From a virus (taxonomy: Duplodnaviria > Heunggongvirae > Uroviricota > Caudoviricetes), in the IMG/VR virus record IMGVR_UViG_3300028584_001240: 64,000 nt of DNA; one strand, 5' to 3'. The position numbers and the translations under genes are program-made. Shown here piece by piece: positions 58,910 to 64,000 of this stretch. How positions within the stretch are numbered: the first letter of the stretch is position 1; each line of letters begins with the position of its first letter. Below the pieces are notes generated by a model. That model was not told the origin of the DNA and ran no database searches. It was given only the letters and a program-made list of their open reading frames with translations.

Positions 58910-59413
58910 TTAACAACAGTATTTAAATAATCTATAACTGATGGTAATTTCATCATCTTTATAGAAACGTTGAAGTAATTCAAGAACTTCTTTTGTTTCT
59001 CGTAATTGTTTAAATTTCTCAAGATTTGTCTTTAAATCTACATCACTCAAATCAAAATCGAATTCATTATATTTTTCAGAATCGTATACACTGAATATAT
59101 CCTTTTCATCCAAAAGGAAATTAGGCATATAAATAATTCGATCATCAATATCACGGTTTTCAAACAAACTATACCAATAATCGAAATCATTTTCATCATC
59201 CTCATCATATGGTTCAAGCGTTAATGAAGAAGACACCTTTCTATATTGATTACCTGATCCACAACTTGAACAAAACTTATCAGCTTCTGAAGCCGCTTTG
59301 GTATGCTTTTTACAGGACGTTGAAGAACAACAATACAAATCTACAGTAGTTTTAACAGTTTTTTTTGGCACAACAATGGTCGGGCCTAAATATATCATCA
59401 CATCAGTTCCCAT
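58910..59413 (-). CDS. Zn-ribbon-containing hypothetical protein
   Basis: CSSTSC...FCSSCG; AGGAG SD before MGTDV. Confidence 0.75.
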   Translation of the reverse strand: MGTDVMIYLGPTIVVPKKTVKTTVDLYCCSSTSCKKHTKAASEADKFCSSCGSGNQYRKVSSSLTLEPYDEDDENDFDYWYSLFENRDIDDRIIYMPNFLLDEKDIFSVYDSEKYNEFDFDLSDVDLKTNLEKFKQLRETKEVLELLQRFYKDDEITISYRLFKYCC

Positions 59414-59467
59414 ATAACTTCTCCTATAATAGCACATAGAATAACAGAAATATTATTAAAAAGTCAA

Positions 59468-59496
59468 TTGATTTTTTTAATTGTTACAGGTATAAT
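59468..59496 (+). promoter_or_regulatory. sigma70-type promoter
   Basis: TTGATT-N17-TATAAT. Confidence 0.7.
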
Positions 59497-59521
59497 CATG
59501 GGAATTATTAAGGAGAATTAA

Positions 59522-61438
59522 ATGTTCGCTAAAGACTTATTTCAACCCAAAGCAAATGATAAAGAAACATTTCTTGCCGTCTTCGAAAGTTATAAAAATT
59601 GGATTTATGACTTTATCAAAAATAACAAAGGCATGAAGTTCAATGATTACATGAAAGAAAGCGATATCCAATCTAAAGCTATGTCTGACATTTTTCTTCG
59701 TTACAACTACCTCTCAAATGTCAAGAAAACTGATGAGGTGAGTGAACTGTATGAATTTATGGTCACTGAATATGAAAAATACTCTGATCCGTTTAGCCAA
59801 GACCCTGTGCATTATGAATTTATCAAATCATTGGTAACTGAAAATGAAACAGAAGAACGCCTTAAAAAACGTTATATCGAAGCCTTCGAGAAGTCTGGTA
59901 TTGATTTGCCAAAAGACAAACAAGATGAATTGAATGCTATTAGCCAAGAGCTATCCACTGCTCAAATGCTGTTCAGCAAAAACCTCATTGACTCTAAAAA
60001 AGAGTGGTCATACACCCTAACACCTGAAGTTAAAGTGACACTATCAGAAAAAGACCTTGAATCTTTTAAAGAAATTGATGGCGAACTGGTAATGAAATTT
60101 AACCAGAATGCAATGGGTGACATCATGGTTAAATCCCCATCAGATGAACTGAAGCAAATCATCTATGAAGCCAGTGGTTATCCGGGTTCACCACGTTCAA
60201 ACTTTGACAACACCGAAGTGACTAAAAAGATTTTGAGCTTGAAACAACAGATTGCAGCTATCATGGGTTATAAATCTTATACTGAAATGGCGTTGGAAGA
60301 TCGTATGGCTCCCACTTACGATGTAGTAACCAACTTCCTTGGTCGTATTAAAGAAAAAATGCAACCGTTGGCAAAAGTAGAATACGAAGCCCTCAATCAG
60401 TTTGCTAAAACTGAATTTGGTGTGGACACCATTCCAAAATGGAATCGTGGGTTCTATGGCAACATCAAGAAAGAAAAATTGCTTAACTATGAATTCAACA
60501 TGGAACGTCCATATTTCAACAAAAATCGTGTATTTGAAGGTGTTTTCAATCTTGTTGAAAAACTGTTTGGTTTCACTTTTGTCAAAGATACAGAAGCGTT
60601 TGACCTTCCTTATGAAGACAGTGAATGTTTTAAAGTGTATGAAGATGGTGTATTGAAAGCTCGCCTTATTGTGGACATGTATGAAAGAGAATTGAAAGGT
60701 AGCGGTGCTTGGGTATCCTGTCTTTCTGGTGTAACTCTGGACGAAGTAGGTCTTGTTTCTCTTTGCTGCAACATCAACAAGAAAGATATCGGTATGGATA
60801 TTGATGAGATTGTCACCTTCTTGCACGAAATGGGTCATGCAGTTCACCACTTCAGTTCCAAGGTTCAATATTCTGATATGGCTGGTACCAGTGGTATGGC
60901 TCGTGACGCGGTTGAAATCCCAAGTCAGATGCTTGAACAATTCGCTTACGATCCTGAGTTTTTGATGTCAGTGTCTGGGCATGTTGAAACAGGCGAGAAA
61001 ATACCACAAGTTATGCTGAATTCAATCATTGCTTCAAAGAACTACAACGTAGGTAGCATGTATGCACGTCAGTTGGTGCTTGCCACCTTCGATATTAACC
61101 TTTATAACACGTTTGAAGGTGATATTACTGATTTCTACAAATCCATTGCGAATGAAATTCTTCCATCCAAAGTGGATGACGATACTTCTTTCCCAAATAC
61201 CTTCGGTCACATCTTTGCAGGTGGTTACAGTGCCGGTTATTATGGTTACATGTGGGCTGATATTTACTCAGTTGATGCGTTTATGCATGTGATTGAAGAC
61301 AAAGAAAAGAATGCTATCAAATTCAAGAAAGAATTCTTAGAAAAAGGCAGCAGTGTTGAGCCATTGAAACTGTATGATAACTTCCGTGGTCAAGAAGTGA
61401 GTATTGATAACTTCCTAAGTTACTATGGTGTAAGTTAA
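59522..61438 (+). CDS. M3A family oligopeptidase (oligopeptidase A/Dcp-like)
   Basis: FEKSG..L, K.SGAW, FLHEMGHAVHH (HExxH), DAVEIPSQMLE, FGHIFAGGYSAGYYGYMWAD. Confidence 0.93.
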   Translation: MFAKDLFQPKANDKETFLAVFESYKNWIYDFIKNNKGMKFNDYMKESDIQSKAMSDIFLRYNYLSNVKKTDEVSELYEFMVTEYEKYSDPFSQDPVHYEFIKSLVTENETEERLKKRYIEAFEKSGIDLPKDKQDELNAISQELSTAQMLFSKNLIDSKKEWSYTLTPEVKVTLSEKDLESFKEIDGELVMKFNQNAMGDIMVKSPSDELKQIIYEASGYPGSPRSNFDNTEVTKKILSLKQQIAAIMGYKSYTEMALEDRMAPTYDVVTNFLGRIKEKMQPLAKVEYEALNQFAKTEFGVDTIPKWNRGFYGNIKKEKLLNYEFNMERPYFNKNRVFEGVFNLVEKLFGFTFVKDTEAFDLPYEDSECFKVYEDGVLKARLIVDMYERELKGSGAWVSCLSGVTLDEVGLVSLCCNINKKDIGMDIDEIVTFLHEMGHAVHHFSSKVQYSDMAGTSGMARDAVEIPSQMLEQFAYDPEFLMSVSGHVETGEKIPQVMLNSIIASKNYNVGSMYARQLVLATFDINLYNTFEGDITDFYKSIANEILPSKVDDDTSFPNTFGHIFAGGYSAGYYGYMWADIYSVDAFMHVIEDKEKNAIKFKKEFLEKGSSVEPLKLYDNFRGQEVSIDNFLSYYGVS

Positions 61439-61439
61439 G

Positions 61440-61982
61440 TTGAACATTCCAAACGATTTATCGCTCTGGTTTGCGGAAGTCTTTAATGACACACTTACTG
61501 CGAGTGATATTTTGCTAGGTAACAGCGAACTGGGGTACACGCCCCAGTTGAGCTTTACTGATGGAAATATAGTCAGTGTTCATCGTGTCCCCTATACAGT
61601 TATCAATAAGAAATACAGACTTGTCTCAAATGAAGTGCCTATTCATTACTATGATAATATCAAGTTGATTAGGAAATTAGAAAGATTGTTAGAAGTGCCG
61701 TTTGTGATGTTATTCGAAAAAGAGAAAGAGAATGTATTAATAAATATTTCAAATGTAAAAATGGATAAGACAACTCAACAGACGATATTTGAAGAAGATT
61801 ATGCTGTACATTTACTTGTTAATCATGGCGATTATCAAATCATTAACATTAAAGATCCCTTTTTCTTTGAAACCTTAGATGATATGTTAACAACAAAACT
61901 AGTATCAATGGTGACCGATAAAAAATTTTCTGAACTATCTAATGATGAATTAATAATGGTCAGAATTTATCACTACAAATAA
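61440..61982 (+). CDS. Hypothetical protein; C-terminal-motif family (variant)
   Basis: Ends KKFSELSNDELIMVRIYHYK. Confidence 0.75.
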   Translation: MNIPNDLSLWFAEVFNDTLTASDILLGNSELGYTPQLSFTDGNIVSVHRVPYTVINKKYRLVSNEVPIHYYDNIKLIRKLERLLEVPFVMLFEKEKENVLINISNVKMDKTTQQTIFEEDYAVHLLVNHGDYQIINIKDPFFFETLDDMLTTKLVSMVTDKKFSELSNDELIMVRIYHYK

Positions 61983-61992
61983 GGTATGTTTA

Positions 61993-62727
61993 ATGAAAAA
62001 TAAAATTACATTAAGAGAAGATGAAATTGCAATAATCTACAAAAACATTAGTGAACACCTACTGATTGATAACTTTTCAGGATTAAGTCTGCTTAATTGG
62101 AAATCAATGTTATTTAATCAAGATGATTTAACACAAGAAGATTTCATGAAAATAATGAAAACAGCTAATCTGTGTGTGCCTAGTTGGCAAAGATTGGTTA
62201 ACTATCGTGAATTTTCGACTGAGTTATTATTAAGGTTTAACTCAATACATAAAGAATTCATAGAACCCATTACGTTTGAAGTAGGAGAAAATACTCAGGA
62301 TAGACGCTTAATTTTTCGAGTTCCTGAATATTTGATAAATAAGGATTTTAAAGAATACAACACCGAAATATTTTTTGGTTCACTGCCACTTGAACTAATG
62401 GAATCAATTATTACTGTTTTTGGTGAATTCGTTCCTAAAAAAAGTGGAGTTATGTCTTATATCAAGATAGACGAAATGTGTATTTATTTACATAAGTTCA
62501 TATTATTTGAAGAAAACAATATTCGCTATTGTCATAAATATATATTTGAACCGTTTTCAAGAATTGATGCTAATGAAAGGATGATATACCAAATAACAGA
62601 TAACTACGACTTTATAAAAACCGTCAATGAATTTATCACCATAAGATACACTGAAGAGTTATTTGAAAAAGAGTTTAAAGATTTGACTAATGATGAGCTA
62701 ACTGTTCTTAAAATGAGAGTGATATAA
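61993..62727 (+). CDS. Hypothetical protein; C-terminal-motif family
   Basis: Ends KEFKDLTNDELTVLKMRVI. Confidence 0.8.
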   Translation: MKNKITLREDEIAIIYKNISEHLLIDNFSGLSLLNWKSMLFNQDDLTQEDFMKIMKTANLCVPSWQRLVNYREFSTELLLRFNSIHKEFIEPITFEVGENTQDRRLIFRVPEYLINKDFKEYNTEIFFGSLPLELMESIITVFGEFVPKKSGVMSYIKIDEMCIYLHKFILFEENNIRYCHKYIFEPFSRIDANERMIYQITDNYDFIKTVNEFITIRYTEELFEKEFKDLTNDELTVLKMRVI

Positions 62728-63492
62728 ATGAAAAAGTATAATAATTTTAGTGATTTTGCTAACCATGTTAAAGTTTTAAAAAATAATAAAATAGAAGAAT
62801 CCCTTGAACGGTTAAAGACGGGTATCTTCGTTGATGATTTATCTCATTTAACAATTGAACAGTTACAAGATATGATACCCGATGAGAAATCTGAACACTC
62901 GGACTATATATTGAATAATAGAAAAGACATCATATATCATGACTGTTTATTTGAAAAAAGTGTAAGCTGGAATACAAATTATGATACATTTTCACTGATT
63001 TATAAAATATTCATTCCAAATAAAAGAAAGAAAATTGATATTAAAAAATCATTTCTTTTAACTAATAATGATGGTTTACCATCTGATATAGAATTTGTAA
63101 TAGAAGATATTTATTTGAAAGAATCTTTTGTCGAATCCAATACAATAACGAATTATAACAATGAAGATTTAAGTCTTATTAAACTATACAACACGTTAAT
63201 CAATAATACGGGGCCGGTTGATTATGTTACAAAACACGTTTTGAGAAAGACAACTAAAATTATAGTATCTGATGTTCCTAAATTATATATTTCATATTCA
63301 TTATTAACAAGACAAATAATAAATTCTGGTTTCTCTAAATACTTTATGAGAATAAGTGATACATCAAGCAACTCTTTTGCAGAAAAACTAAGAAATCTTT
63401 TAGAAACTGAATACACCTTACCAATAGTAGCAAAAAAAATTGATGAATTAACAGAAGATGACATAACCGTTATCCAGATGGGGTTAATATGA
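62728..63492 (+). CDS. Hypothetical protein; C-terminal-motif family
   Basis: Ends KKIDELTEDDITVIQMGLI. Confidence 0.8.
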   Translation: MKKYNNFSDFANHVKVLKNNKIEESLERLKTGIFVDDLSHLTIEQLQDMIPDEKSEHSDYILNNRKDIIYHDCLFEKSVSWNTNYDTFSLIYKIFIPNKRKKIDIKKSFLLTNNDGLPSDIEFVIEDIYLKESFVESNTITNYNNEDLSLIKLYNTLINNTGPVDYVTKHVLRKTTKIIVSDVPKLYISYSLLTRQIINSGFSKYFMRISDTSSNSFAEKLRNLLETEYTLPIVAKKIDELTEDDITVIQMGLI

Positions 63493-64000
63493 CATCCTAT
63501 ACAGAAATGTTGACAGAGTTTACATTAATCAAAGATTTCAGTAATTTCAAAAAAGAAGATTGGTTAATTTTTAGTAATTACAACGATGAAATATTAGAAA
63601 GCTTAACAAGAGATAGACATCGTATTCAAGTAGAATGGGAAACGACCACTAAATTTTCATTTCATATGTTAAGAGTGTCATTTCGCTATGAAAATAATCT
63701 AGACTGTGGTATAATAAAAGCGTCAATTTCTTTCCCGATTGAAGGTAACCCTGTTCTTTTGACAACAGAAATACAGTTACCGGAATGTTTAATTGATAGA
63801 AGCTTTTACAACAACAATGTTCAATTAGCTATATCTGAGTCTGAATATGAACTTATAACGTTATATCAAAGAATATTTAGAAATCATAAAGAGGGTTCTC
63901 ATCAAAATCGGATGACATACAAACATAATGTTGTAAAATATGATTTTATAGAGATTGATAATAGTAATAAAATAGACTATATCATGAGGTATAGCTACTA
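63489..64000 (+). CDS. Hypothetical protein, truncated by the window end
   Basis: ATGA overlap with previous stop; MTSYTEMLTEF... appears open to the window edge. Confidence 0.65.
   Translation, partial: MTSYTEMLTEFTLIKDFSNFKKEDWLIFSNYNDEILESLTRDRHRIQVEWETTTKFSFHMLRVSFRYENNLDCGIIKASISFPIEGNPVLLTTEIQLPECLIDRSFYNNNVQLAISESEYELITLYQRIFRNHKEGSHQNRMTYKHNVVKYDFIEIDNSNKIDYIMRYSY

Noticed and set aside
60197-60940. 247-aa antisense ORF, plus 59962, 60402, 60610, 60753 and 61062 ORFs, inside the M3 peptidase
   Set aside because: Shadow ORFs overlapping a clearly conserved gene; no recognisable motifs or own expression signals.
1270-63464. Many 60-165-aa ORFs overlapping longer genes (e.g. 3742, 7009, 11668, 17581, 21169, 21320, 24992, 38687, 43422, 52313)
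   Set aside because: Nested in better-supported CDSs and consistent with codon-bias shadows.
1-64000. Stop-codon reassignment, tRNA genes, integrase/transposase, virion genes
   Set aside because: Conserved enzymes are intact in code 11 and TAA, TAG and TGA all end genes; I recognised no cloverleaf or hallmark gene by eye (tRNAscan not run).

Overview
This is an AT-rich, densely coding bacterial mobile-element region: about 75 complete genes plus one cut at the right edge, with Shine-Dalgarno sites, sigma70-type promoters and intrinsic terminators. It is most likely part of a jumbo phage or a very large extrachromosomal element of a Gram-negative host. No virion, replication, tRNA, rRNA or CRISPR hallmark lies in the window, so phage versus megaplasmid cannot be settled. 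Recognisable genes: full-length ArgRS; catalytic-core-only GlyRS-like and AlaRS-like proteins; Thg1-like guanylyltransferase; nicotinamidase; NADAR; a heme-oxygenase-like diiron/BtaA(DUF3419) fusion next to a GNAT; M3A and M23 peptidases; a HAD hydrolase; PcfJ-like proteins; Yip1/YohC; a lipoprotein. Two patterns stand out. (1) Each of the three aminoacyl-tRNA synthetase genes has an SD-led leader ORF containing its cognate codon(s): a Gly-Gly-Gly leader with an attenuator-type terminator, an Arg-Arg leader in rare codons, and an Ala leader that overlaps the AlaRS frame at -1. This suggests amino-acid-starvation-sensing expression. (2) About 28 otherwise dissimilar hypothetical proteins end in the same C-terminal motif, [LIV]-x-x-M-x-x-[I/Y/F]-stop, which suggests a shared docking or targeting signal. 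All family assignments come from motif recognition by eye; no database search was run.
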